From a virus (lineage: Duplodnaviria > Caudoviricetes), in the IMG/VR virus record IMGVR_UViG_3300032290_000188, positions 1 through 48,535 of that record: a stretch of 48,535 nucleotides of DNA; one strand, given 5' to 3'. Positions within the stretch are counted from its first letter, which is position 1, and the number at the start of each line of letters is the position of its first letter. Position numbers and translations under genes: made by a program. The notes under the pieces were generated by a model that searched no databases, had not been told where the DNA came from, and saw nothing but the letters and a program-made list of their open reading frames with translations. This document shows, in pieces, positions 10,032-18,882 of the stretch.

Positions 10032-11631
10032 GAGAAACACTCATCTACTAAATCATCCAGTAAATGTAACCTTTGAGGAACTACTGGAGATGGACGAAGC
10101 CAAGTTCCGCGAATGGGTCATTGAAATGCGGAAGACCGTGGTGGATGTATGGGACGCCAAGGGTTGTCCTCCGCGCATTGGCAAATCAGAAGCAGACATC
10201 ATTGAAGAGTGGAATAAACTTGGAGAGTTTCCTGTAAAGACCTTTGAGTTTGACGATGAACTGTCTGATATCGGTAAGGATGTTGTGCTAAACAAGGCAC
10301 GACTTGGTTCCGAAGTGGATCAATGGTTTCCTACCATGATGAAGACTCGCATCAACTACAACGAAAAGGATGATGGATACTCCATCTACGAGTTGTTTGC
10401 CGAAGACAGATTCATTGATCGCATGGTAAAGGGTTCAATGCGCCATTTCCGCAGAGACTCCCTGTATATGCACGCCTTGTCTTGCTTGCGTAACAACAAG
10501 AAGCCTGCTTTGGTTTCTGTACCCGATGCAATGACTTGGATCAAGGCGTTCCAAACCAACAAGGAAATCTTCAAGGGTTACGATTTCATGCTTGAGCAAG
10601 TCAAGCAGAGAGAAGGAAACAACACAGGATACTTCCAACTGAATCAGTCGGATATCTTGAATCTCACGCGAGAGCAAGTGCAGCAACTCAAAGACGAGGG
10701 AGTGTTGCAGTACAGGCACTTCTCTACATTTGATGTGAACTCTATGCCTGATGATAAGGTGTACACCATTCGCCTTTACAAGAAGGGTGAGAGAGTATTC
10801 CCAAAGGGATTTGCTGCTTTCCGCATTGGATACATTCAGGTTGCTCACAACTTTCCGCCCATGACTGCCAAGTATTTGTACGAGCGGTTTACTGAACACG
10901 CGAAGGGACAGAAAGACCCTATCGTGATCTACGACCCGTCATCAGGATGGGGTGGTCGTATTCTAGGCGCCATGAGTGTCAAGGATGATCGACGCATTCA
11001 TTACATTGGCACCGATCCAAACCCTGATCTGTATTACATTGACGGAGACACAGGCGAAGAGCGCCCACGGTACGCGGATGTTGCTGATTTCTACAACACC
11101 AAGACCTACAGAGGCAATCCTTTCTTTAGCGAAACAAATACCTACGAAATCTTCAGATCAGGTTCTGAAGAGGTTGGTAAGAATCCTCGCTTCAAGAAGT
11201 ACAAAGGCAAGATCGACATGATCTTTACTAGTCCTCCGTATTTCAATCGTGAAGCGTATTCACAGGACGAGAATCAGTCCTACAAAAAGTACGGATCGTC
11301 TTACGAAGATTGGCGAGACAACTTTCTCCGTCCCACTTTGAAGACCTGTGCTGAGTTCTTGAAGCCTGATCGGTATTTGCTGTGGAACATTGCAGATATT
11401 CAGATCGGTGGAGACTACCTGCCATTGGAAGAAGATTCCAAGAGATTCCTTGAAGAGTTCGGATTGGAGTATAAATACAAGTTGAAGATGGCGATGGAGT
11501 CTATGCCTGGTCAAAATCGGTTGGACGAAGAAACTGGTTTGCCCATGTGTAAGAACTATTGCAAAGTGAATGGTGACTTTCTGAAGTATGAACCCGTATA
11601 TGTGTTTTACAAGCCAAAGGAGAAATCATAA
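9997..11631 (+). CDS. Large DNA amino-methyltransferase (motif I before motif IV) with extended N-terminal domain
   Basis: IYDPSSGWGGR (motif I), YIGTDPN, DMIFTSPPYFNRE (motif IV). Confidence 0.85.
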   Translation: METLQAHKTFFERNTHLLNHPVNVTFEELLEMDEAKFREWVIEMRKTVVDVWDAKGCPPRIGKSEADIIEEWNKLGEFPVKTFEFDDELSDIGKDVVLNKARLGSEVDQWFPTMMKTRINYNEKDDGYSIYELFAEDRFIDRMVKGSMRHFRRDSLYMHALSCLRNNKKPALVSVPDAMTWIKAFQTNKEIFKGYDFMLEQVKQREGNNTGYFQLNQSDILNLTREQVQQLKDEGVLQYRHFSTFDVNSMPDDKVYTIRLYKKGERVFPKGFAAFRIGYIQVAHNFPPMTAKYLYERFTEHAKGQKDPIVIYDPSSGWGGRILGAMSVKDDRRIHYIGTDPNPDLYYIDGDTGEERPRYADVADFYNTKTYRGNPFFSETNTYEIFRSGSEEVGKNPRFKKYKGKIDMIFTSPPYFNREAYSQDENQSYKKYGSSYEDWRDNFLRPTLKTCAEFLKPDRYLLWNIADIQIGGDYLPLEEDSKRFLEEFGLEYKYKLKMAMESMPGQNRLDEETGLPMCKNYCKVNGDFLKYEPVYVFYKPKEKS

Positions 11632-12797
11632 TGGGTAAGAGCGAAAAGAATGATTCGGTTGAGACTAAGCAAAACACTCCAACCGTAATGGAGTGGACTT
11701 ACATTTGGATTGCTGGCGATGGAACTATTCGTAGTTCTAGGTTTAACTCGCGCGGCGAGACCCCAACTATTCAACGCTTTGACGGGTCAGCGACAAAGCA
11801 GGCGTCTACGGATAACTCCGACCTGTTCCTCGTACCTGTGAAGACATGGGTTGAGCATACTTACATGGCATTTGATATGAATGTGGGTAGTGGAATAGTC
11901 CTGTGTGAAGTGCAGACTGCTGATGGAACGCCCCATGCGTCAAATACTCGCGCCGATCTTCGCAAGTTCTTGGACAAGAACACTAAACTTTCTACTGCAA
12001 AGATTGGCTTCGAGCAGGATATTCTTCTGATTGATCCTGAAACCCGTCAGCCGTATGCTTGGCCAAAGGGAAAGAACGAAAAGGGCGAAGAGACTGTCAT
12101 GTTCCCCGGCCCACAGGGTAGATACTACGGTGGAAGCGGAGACTTTATGCGCGGACGAAGCCTTTTTGATTCGTTCACGGAGCGTGTCTTCTATCGCGGT
12201 CCGCTCGTCAAGCAATACCATCCAGGCGTGTGCTTGTCACAATGGTCGTATACCCTTGAAGAAACTGATCTGCTTACTGCTTGTGATAACTTGATTCTGA
12301 GTAGGTATCTGCTTGAATCAAGTGCTGAAGATGTTAGCACTCCTCGTTGCGTAATCAGTTATCAGCCAAAGAGTTTCCCAGGCACCGATTGGAACGGTAG
12401 CGGATGCAACTTCCGTGTCTACTTGGAGAACTACACCAAGTCTGGCGGAAACGCTTCTCTTGCCAAGAATATCTGCGAAACTATCGGTGAAGATCACCGC
12501 GAGCATATGGCAGCATACGGTGCAGGAAACGAGCAGCGACTCGTTGGTAAGGCTGGCGGAATCAGCGATTACAACAAGTTCTCTTGGGGATTCGGAGATA
12601 GAACAGCATCTGTCTGTGTGCCAACTGTTCCTCTAAACGGAAACACATCTGACTTTACCTTTATCGAAGACCGTCGCCCAGGCGCAAATGTTGATCCGTA
12701 TGCGGGTGTTCTTGCCTTGTCTCGTAGTCTAGTTAAGGCTGTTGATCTTGTTCCGCCTGTAAAGGCTGAGGCATTTGAACCGAAACTAGTAAAGTGA
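11631..12797 (+). CDS. Glutamine synthetase type II-like protein with degenerate active site
   Basis: YIWIAG, FDGSATKQA, VLCEV, PGPQGRYY, DWNGSG, AYGAGNEQRL, EDRRPGANVDPY; several catalytic residues replaced. Confidence 0.85.
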   Translation: MGKSEKNDSVETKQNTPTVMEWTYIWIAGDGTIRSSRFNSRGETPTIQRFDGSATKQASTDNSDLFLVPVKTWVEHTYMAFDMNVGSGIVLCEVQTADGTPHASNTRADLRKFLDKNTKLSTAKIGFEQDILLIDPETRQPYAWPKGKNEKGEETVMFPGPQGRYYGGSGDFMRGRSLFDSFTERVFYRGPLVKQYHPGVCLSQWSYTLEETDLLTACDNLILSRYLLESSAEDVSTPRCVISYQPKSFPGTDWNGSGCNFRVYLENYTKSGGNASLAKNICETIGEDHREHMAAYGAGNEQRLVGKAGGISDYNKFSWGFGDRTASVCVPTVPLNGNTSDFTFIEDRRPGANVDPYAGVLALSRSLVKAVDLVPPVKAEAFEPKLVK

Positions 12798-12798
12798 C

Positions 12799-12826
12799 TT
12801 GACTCGTAGGATTATCGTCGTATACT
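12799..12826 (+). promoter_or_regulatory. sigma70-like promoter (TTGACT-N16-TATACT)
   Basis: Intergenic; ATG 12836 follows closely with no SD. Confidence 0.75.
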
Positions 12827-12835
12827 TACTATGCG

Positions 12836-13942
12836 ATGAAAGACTACACCAAGACGCTAGAAAAGGCTTACGGAACTGAGCCAGTTTGGAGCGCAGAGTC
12901 TTACGCTACGGAAGAAGAGCGGGACTCTGCGCTCCAACGCGCTTTTACATGGTATTGGGGAAAAGGCACCAATCGTGAAAAGAAGCGATGGGTACTGGAT
13001 TACTGCAAGCACGCCAAGATGGGGCAAGATGCCATTAAGGCTATTGCTCAAAATGGCATCAAAAGTTACGCTGGCATAGGATACCTGTGCAGGATGCTAA
13101 CTCGCGGCGCCCCTCTGACAGATGACGCTAGACAAAAGGTTGCATCAGAACTGGATAAACTCAAGACGGCTGGTGTTGCGCTGCTGGCGAAGCGCCAGGA
13201 CGCTGCTGTGCCCTCTATACAGGAGCGCACGGAACTCAAGTACAGAGAGTACTTGGGTGACATTGATGCGTATGTTGACTCTGTGGTGCAGGCCTGCGTG
13301 TCTAAAACCGATGTAAAGTTTGATCCTGTTGGATGGGCGTCAACCCGTGGGGTGAAACCAATGCATTGCAGCAAGATTGCTGCGTACATTGAAAGCACCT
13401 ATCTGGCAGAAATGGCAGAAGCATATTCTGGCAAAGACGAGCAACTGGTTGAAGGATACTCATTCCTTACCAAGCCACGGTTCAAGAAACTCATTCAGAT
13501 GCTTTCGGAGACTGTGAAGGCCTTCAAGACCTTTGCCGACGAAAAGAAGTCTAGCAGAAAGCCTCGCAAGAAAAAGGTCAAGACTGCAAGCCAACTCACC
13601 AAGAAAATGAAATTCTTGGCAGAATCTAAAGAGTACGGACTAAAGAGTATTAGTCCCGAAAAGATCATAAGCAGCACAATGTTGGTTGTGTTCAACGAGA
13701 AGTACCGTACACTAACTGTATACCACGCCAAAGACCCGCGCGGTCTTGGAGTCAAGGGTACTACCATTACCAACTACGATGAAGAAAAGTCAGTAACCAA
13801 GAAACTTCGCAAGCCAAAGGAAGTGCTTGCTAAACTCAGCGGTGTTCGCGCAGTAACAAACGCCATTGCTGCAATTAAAACCAAGCCTGCTAAGATGACA
13901 GGCAGAATCAATGAGAACACGGTTCTTGTTGGAGCATACTAA
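12836..13942 (+). CDS. Conserved T4-like hypothetical protein
   Basis: QLVEGYSFL, SISPEKII, GLGVKGTTITNYD, KKLRKP, GRINENT resemble the conserved ORF upstream of rnh in T4-like phages. Confidence 0.7.
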   Translation: MKDYTKTLEKAYGTEPVWSAESYATEEERDSALQRAFTWYWGKGTNREKKRWVLDYCKHAKMGQDAIKAIAQNGIKSYAGIGYLCRMLTRGAPLTDDARQKVASELDKLKTAGVALLAKRQDAAVPSIQERTELKYREYLGDIDAYVDSVVQACVSKTDVKFDPVGWASTRGVKPMHCSKIAAYIESTYLAEMAEAYSGKDEQLVEGYSFLTKPRFKKLIQMLSETVKAFKTFADEKKSSRKPRKKKVKTASQLTKKMKFLAESKEYGLKSISPEKIISSTMLVVFNEKYRTLTVYHAKDPRGLGVKGTTITNYDEEKSVTKKLRKPKEVLAKLSGVRAVTNAIAAIKTKPAKMTGRINENTVLVGAY

Positions 13943-14811
13943 TGATTCTGATTGACAACAACCAAGTACTGTTGGGAAGTCTGTTCGCCCTCACCAAAGG
14001 CGACGCTTCTCAGTTCTCAGAAGACCTGTTGCGCCATACGGTGCTGAACATCTATCGCACTTATCGGCAGAAGTTCAAAGACTGTGGGGAGATTGTTCTG
14101 TGCCATGAGGGTGGAAAATGCTGGCGCAACAGTATCTTTCCTCAGTACAAGCAGAACCGTACCAAGGCAAAGGCTGCCTCTGATGTGGATTGGAAGGCTG
14201 TGTACGGTATGATCGACGGCATCCGCGAAGAAGTTAGGGATGTGTTTCCGTATCGACACATGAGGGTACAAGGTGCTGAAGCAGACGATGTGATTGCAAC
14301 GCTTACCAAGCATTTCTCTGCCAAGGAACAGATTGTAATTGTGTCTAGTGACAAAGACTTTCAACAGTTGCAGATTTATCCTAATGTGCGGCAATGGAGT
14401 CCTGTCACGAAGGGATTTGTTACCTGTAAGGAACCAACAGAGTTTCTGATCGACCATATCCTGAGCGGAGACTCGGGTGACGGTGTACCAAATATTCTTT
14501 CCGATGACGATTGCTTTGTTGCCGATGACAAGCGACAGACTCCTCTGACTGCCAAGAAGGCAGAAGCAATCCATGAAAATCTTGTGGTGCTTGGTAGTAC
14601 CTTTGATGTTGGTGCAAATATGCCAGATAAGGTAAAAAGAAACTGGGATCGCAACCGAACGATGGTTGATTTCAGATACATACCTGTGGAGTTGGAAGAG
14701 TCTATTCTGCAAAAGTATGCGGAGTCCACTCCAACGCGAAAGGGAGATGTTCTTTCTTATCTGATCCAACACAAGATGAAGAATCTTATGGAGGTTGTTT
14801 CGGAGTTCTAA
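13942..14811 (+). CDS. rnh: T4-type RNase H / 5'-3' flap exonuclease
   Basis: MILID, FPQYKQNR, EADDVIA, SSDKDFQQL, GDSGDGVPNILS. Confidence 0.95.
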   Translation: MILIDNNQVLLGSLFALTKGDASQFSEDLLRHTVLNIYRTYRQKFKDCGEIVLCHEGGKCWRNSIFPQYKQNRTKAKAASDVDWKAVYGMIDGIREEVRDVFPYRHMRVQGAEADDVIATLTKHFSAKEQIVIVSSDKDFQQLQIYPNVRQWSPVTKGFVTCKEPTEFLIDHILSGDSGDGVPNILSDDDCFVADDKRQTPLTAKKAEAIHENLVVLGSTFDVGANMPDKVKRNWDRNRTMVDFRYIPVELEESILQKYAESTPTRKGDVLSYLIQHKMKNLMEVVSEF

Positions 14812-14812
14812 T

Positions 14813-15007
14813 ATGAGTAGAGATTGGCACGAAGAATCGGGTTCCTTTGAACGCTTCTATACGGATCGTGGTGTGAAGAAAAAGCAAAAGCGCGGAGATC
14901 GCCACGCGCAAAAGCAGAGAATGCGAGAAGCAGCCTCTGACATTGACCGTTACGAAGACGATTCATTTGAGGATGAAGTCGATGGCAGATCAACCAAACA
15001 ATCCTAA
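14813..15007 (+). CDS. Small charged hypothetical protein
   Basis: Fills the gap between rnh and the next ORF; basic then acidic halves. Confidence 0.55.
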   Translation: MSRDWHEESGSFERFYTDRGVKKKQKRGDRHAQKQRMREAASDIDRYEDDSFEDEVDGRSTKQS

Positions 15008-15560
15008 TCAACCGCAGAAGATTGTTGCAAGCAAGGGATGGAGTAAGGGTACACCTAGACAAAGACCTGCTCCTCCGCCAACACCTCCTGCAACTCCTAG
15101 TGTAACTTCTGCACCGCCAGGAATTTTGGCGCAGGCCAAAAGTTTGGTTGATGCTTATATGTCTCGCGGCATAACGCAAGACAAGCGATGTGACGAGGAC
15201 ACAAAGAAAACTAGACTGGCTTCATGCCACGGTGTTGAGTCTGCTGGTATTCCTCCGTGTCAGTATCGCAAAGACAGTACTGCCGAGGAGGGCAGATACT
15301 ACTGCGGGGAGTGCGGATGCGGAGACAGGAAAGCAACTTGGTTGAATGCAAAGTCGCCAGACGACTATACAAAACTAGACTTTCCTAAAGTGGTGTGTCC
15401 GCTGAATATGCCTGGATTCACCAACTACACGCCAGCAGATCAAGAAACCGTTGAGCGTTCTATGAAATACGACTTTACTCGTAAGAGGCAAATCGAGAAA
15501 CTAGTGACCATTACGGTGAAAGCAACAGATGCCAATACCACACAGACCCAAAATGACTAA
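14982..15560 (+). CDS. Pro-rich, Cys-rich hypothetical protein (possible metal-binding domain)
   Basis: PAPPPTPPATP linker; C-x9-C...CGECGC...CP pattern; GAGG RBS. Confidence 0.7.
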   Translation: MADQPNNPNQPQKIVASKGWSKGTPRQRPAPPPTPPATPSVTSAPPGILAQAKSLVDAYMSRGITQDKRCDEDTKKTRLASCHGVESAGIPPCQYRKDSTAEEGRYYCGECGCGDRKATWLNAKSPDDYTKLDFPKVVCPLNMPGFTNYTPADQETVERSMKYDFTRKRQIEKLVTITVKATDANTTQTQND

Positions 15561-15645
15561 TCAATCCACACCACCGCCTGTTAAAAAGGCAGAACCACCA
15601 CCTCCCAAAAAAGCAGGTGGTTGTGGTTGCAAGAAACCAAAGTGA
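15553..15645 (+). CDS. 30-aa micropeptide MTNQSTPPPVKKAEPPPPKKAGGCGCKKPK (not in ORF track)
   Basis: ATG overlaps the end of the upstream ORF; TGA at 15643-15645; GCGC motif echoes the upstream protein. Confidence 0.55.
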   Translation: MTNQSTPPPVKKAEPPPPKKAGGCGCKKPK

Positions 15646-15654
15646 GTATATACT
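15627..15654 (+). promoter_or_regulatory. sigma70-like promoter (TTGCAA-N16-TATACT) for gp45-gp44
   Basis: -35 at 15627-15632, -10 at 15649-15654, then GGAG RBS. Confidence 0.7.
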
Positions 15655-15682
15655 TAGTGAACCCCCTACAGAATGGAGACAT

Positions 15683-16402
15683 ATGACCGCTACTGCTACT
15701 GAAACCGAAACTGGAATGAAACTGTCGCAAGACACGCTTGCTGTGTTGAAGAACTTTGCTTCTCTGAACTCCAATATCCTGATTCGTCCAGGCAATACTA
15801 TTGCCACCGTGACTCCTGTGAAGAATGTCATGGCGGAAGCGACCGTTGACGAAACCTTTGATGTTGAGTTTGGTATCTGGGACCTGAACAAGTTCCTAGG
15901 CGTTATCTCTCTGTTCAAGGAGCCTGTGCTTACCTTCGGAGAGAAGTCTGTTGTGATCTCAGACGCAGCACGAAAGAACGCTCCTAGCGTAAACTACTAC
16001 TACTGTGAACCGAGTCTTCTGACTGCGCCCAAGAAGAGCATTACGATGCCTGATATTCTTGTGTCGTTCAAGTTGACCGCAGACAATGTTTCTGAAATCA
16101 TGCGCGCCAGTTCGGTGCTACAGGTTGGAGACATTGCTGTTCGTGGTACTAAGGACAAGATTGAAGTGGTTGTCTTCGACAAGGCAGACAAGGGTTCTAA
16201 TACCTACTCTATCGTTGTCGGGGAGAACAAGGCGAAGACCAAGTTCGATATCCACATGAAGGTGGACAATCTGAAACTGATGGCTGGTGACTACGATGTT
16301 CATATCAGCAAGAGCATTGTCGCCAAGTTTGCTCATTGCAGCAAGGACTTGACCTACTTCGTCGCGCTTGAGGCAACTTCTAGCACCGCCACTAAGGAAT
16401 AA
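15683..16402 (+). CDS. 45: Sliding clamp gp45
   Basis: MKLSQDTLAVLKNFASLNSNI, FGIWDLNKFL, NLKLMAGDY, YFVALE. Confidence 0.95.
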   Translation: MTATATETETGMKLSQDTLAVLKNFASLNSNILIRPGNTIATVTPVKNVMAEATVDETFDVEFGIWDLNKFLGVISLFKEPVLTFGEKSVVISDAARKNAPSVNYYYCEPSLLTAPKKSITMPDILVSFKLTADNVSEIMRASSVLQVGDIAVRGTKDKIEVVVFDKADKGSNTYSIVVGENKAKTKFDIHMKVDNLKLMAGDYDVHISKSIVAKFAHCSKDLTYFVALEATSSTATKE

Positions 16403-16404
16403 AG

Positions 16405-17352
16405 ATGACCTCTACGGTAACTGAATACCTTTGGGTGGAGAAGTACCGCCCAAAGGTGATCGCGGATTGTATTCTTCCGTCCGCGATGAAAAAGACTTTC
16501 ACCGATATGGTGGAGTCTGGCGAAGTACAGAATCTGTTGCTTTCAGGCGGAGCGGGATGTGGTAAGACAACCGTTGCCCGCGCTCTGTGCAACGAACTGG
16601 ACGCAGACTACATCATTGTTAACTGCTCAGAAGACGGTAACATTGATACGCTGCGTACTCGCATTCGTAACTTTGCAAGTACTGTTTCCATGTCAGGAAA
16701 CAAGAAAGTTGTGATCCTAGACGAGTTTGACTACTCCAACGCCCAAAGTACACAGCCTGCTTTGCGTGGGTTTATGGAGGAGTTCAGCGCAAACTGTCGG
16801 TTTGTTCTGACTTGCAATTTTAAGAACAGGATCATTGAACCGCTGCATTCGCGGTGTACTTGTATCAACTTCCAAATCCCCACCAAAGAGAAGCCTGTGC
16901 TTGCCAAGCAGATGCTTCAGCGGGTCAAGGGTATCTTGGATGCTGAGGGAGTCGCCTACGATGATAAGGTTCTTGCAGAACTGATTCTGAAGTACTTCCC
17001 TGACTTTCGCCGTATTCTAAACGAGTTGCAGCGATACTCAGTATCAGGCAAAATTGATGTAGGTATCCTCACTCAGTTGGGTGAGGTCAAGATCAAGGAA
17101 CTCATTACTGCTCTTAAGGACAAGGACTTTACTGCTGTACGCAAGTGGGTTGTTGAGAACTCTGATGCAGATAGTGCGTCTTTGTTTCGTAAGATTTACG
17201 AGTCCATGTACGAGTGCTTTGCGCCGTCTAGCATCCCTAAACTGGTGTTGATTCTTGCCGAATATCAGTACAAGGCAGCATTTGTTGCCGACGCTGAGAT
17301 TAACATGACTGCTTGCCTAACCGAGATTATGATGGAGTGTGAATTCAAGTAA
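16405..17352 (+). CDS. 44: Clamp loader large subunit gp44
   Basis: LWVEKYRP, GGAGCGKTT, ILDEFD, PLHSRC. Confidence 0.97.
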   Translation: MTSTVTEYLWVEKYRPKVIADCILPSAMKKTFTDMVESGEVQNLLLSGGAGCGKTTVARALCNELDADYIIVNCSEDGNIDTLRTRIRNFASTVSMSGNKKVVILDEFDYSNAQSTQPALRGFMEEFSANCRFVLTCNFKNRIIEPLHSRCTCINFQIPTKEKPVLAKQMLQRVKGILDAEGVAYDDKVLAELILKYFPDFRRILNELQRYSVSGKIDVGILTQLGEVKIKELITALKDKDFTAVRKWVVENSDADSASLFRKIYESMYECFAPSSIPKLVLILAEYQYKAAFVADAEINMTACLTEIMMECEFK

Positions 17353-17412
17353 AGTTGCAGGATTTGTGCTATGTAAATGATTTGTTGTATACATATCACA
17401 AAGGAGTCAAAC

Positions 17413-17754
17413 ATGACAAACACAAAGCACGGTAAGGTTCTACTTCCATCATCTCAAGACATTGATTGGGCCTCTGTTGAACGGAAGGTTCTTTCGGAGT
17501 ACATCAATCTCTCAGAACTATGCGAAGAGTATGGATTTGGTGTCACCAAGCCAACCTTCAAGAGTTGGATGATGGATCACTTCTCAGGAAAGTATCGCAT
17601 TGACTTTGGCCGACAAGGAAGAGGAAACTTCATTCGGTTTGTTCCAATCTCTGTACAGAACGGTTTAACTGAGCAGATGCGTAGTCTTAGAAAGCAGTAC
17701 GGAGATGCAGCATTCAATCGTTCATTTGCAGAAGTTCTACTTGGAGATGCGTGA
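17413..17754 (+). CDS. Hypothetical protein, possible HTH/DNA-binding
   Basis: AAGGAG RBS; INLSELCEEYGFGVTKPTFKSWM resembles a helix-turn-helix; TACATA at 17390-17395 upstream. Confidence 0.6.
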   Translation: MTNTKHGKVLLPSSQDIDWASVERKVLSEYINLSELCEEYGFGVTKPTFKSWMMDHFSGKYRIDFGRQGRGNFIRFVPISVQNGLTEQMRSLRKQYGDAAFNRSFAEVLLGDA

Positions 17755-18023
17755 TGCTTAGACCAATTGGTAAATGGGTTGCAGTTCGTACTGATCTGGG
17801 CAAACAGAAGACCACCGAAAGCGGTATCATTTACACCGATGATAAGACCAAAGGACACTATGTACTTGCTGAAGTTGTTGCGGTGGGTGACGGTGTAACT
17901 GAAGATATCCAAGTAGGAGACACGGTGTACTGGGAGTTGGCAACAAACAACGGTAATCATTACGGTGACTTGGATTTGGTGCATCAGGACAACATTGCAT
18001 TGGTAGAGCGAGATGCAGCCTAA
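17751..18023 (+). CDS. groES: GroES-like co-chaperonin
   Basis: LRPIGKWVAV, TTESGII, VVAVGDGV, IQVGDTV. Confidence 0.85.
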   Translation: MMLRPIGKWVAVRTDLGKQKTTESGIIYTDDKTKGHYVLAEVVAVGDGVTEDIQVGDTVYWELATNNGNHYGDLDLVHQDNIALVERDAA

Positions 18024-18393
18024 ACTAACAGACTATTTGAATGCCATTAATGTAAACAAGGCTTCTCTGTGCGATGACGAGCAGGGAGAGAAGGGATATG
18101 TTCCCTTCTTGGTTAATCGCGGACTGTCTTACTTTCCCGATACCATTCTGCAAGCAAATGCCATGAATCGCCACGCAAGTCTGCGGAAGCGGATGCAGTT
18201 TGATTTTCTGCGTCACAGCATCCGTTCTCGAAAGCGTTTCAGCAAGTGGTTTAAGGCTGAGGAAGCAGATAATCTGGCAGCAGTTAAAGAGCGATACGGA
18301 TGCTCTGACGCAAAAGCAAAAGAGATACTGAGAGTTCTGACCCCTGAGCAGATTTCTGAGGTGGTCGCTTCCACCAACAAGGGTGGAGCGTAA
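18013..18393 (+). CDS. 62: Clamp loader small subunit gp62
   Basis: DYLNAIN, YVPFLVNRGLSYFPDT, ANAMN, QFDFL, RKRFSKW. Confidence 0.93.
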   Translation: MQPKLTDYLNAINVNKASLCDDEQGEKGYVPFLVNRGLSYFPDTILQANAMNRHASLRKRMQFDFLRHSIRSRKRFSKWFKAEEADNLAAVKERYGCSDAKAKEILRVLTPEQISEVVASTNKGGA

Positions 18394-18454
18394 ACTGGCT
18401 GGTTCCTACATATTGAAAAGATGAGGCATTCTCATTGGCATGGAGCGCATATGT

Positions 18455-18865
18455 ATGGAACACACACCAAAGATAACTGTTGACCAACTTGTTGAGATAA
18501 CATTAGCCAAACCCGATGATTTTCTCAAGGTGAAAGAAACCCTGACCCGCATAGGGATTTCATCCAAGACTGAAAAGAAACTGTATCAGTCTTGCCACAT
18601 TCTACACAAGCGGGGCAAATACTACATCGTACACTTCAAAGAGTTGTTTGCTCTTGACGGTTTGCCTTCTACAATAACCGAGGCAGATATCGCAAGACGC
18701 AACACCATTGTCACTTTGTTGGACGAGTGGGGTCTACTAAAGATAGTCGATCCTTCAAAGACCACGAATGTCACAGCGGGACTTGCTCAGATCAAGATTA
18801 TCCCACACAAAGAAAAAGCAGATTGGGAACTAGTACCTAAATATCACATCGGTAAGAAGTTCTGA
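18455..18865 (+). CDS. regA: Translational repressor RegA
   Basis: DDFLKVKETLTRIGI, LYQSCHILHKRGKYYIVHFKELFALDG, WELVPKYHIG. Confidence 0.97.
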   Translation: MEHTPKITVDQLVEITLAKPDDFLKVKETLTRIGISSKTEKKLYQSCHILHKRGKYYIVHFKELFALDGLPSTITEADIARRNTIVTLLDEWGLLKIVDPSKTTNVTAGLAQIKIIPHKEKADWELVPKYHIGKKF

Positions 18866-18882
18866 TACATCCGAGGTTTATT

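Noticed and set aside
14017-14772. 251-aa minus-strand ORF, and the many other minus-strand ORFs in the track
   Set aside because: They are antisense shadows of well-supported + strand genes (here rnh), with no recognisable motifs or RBS
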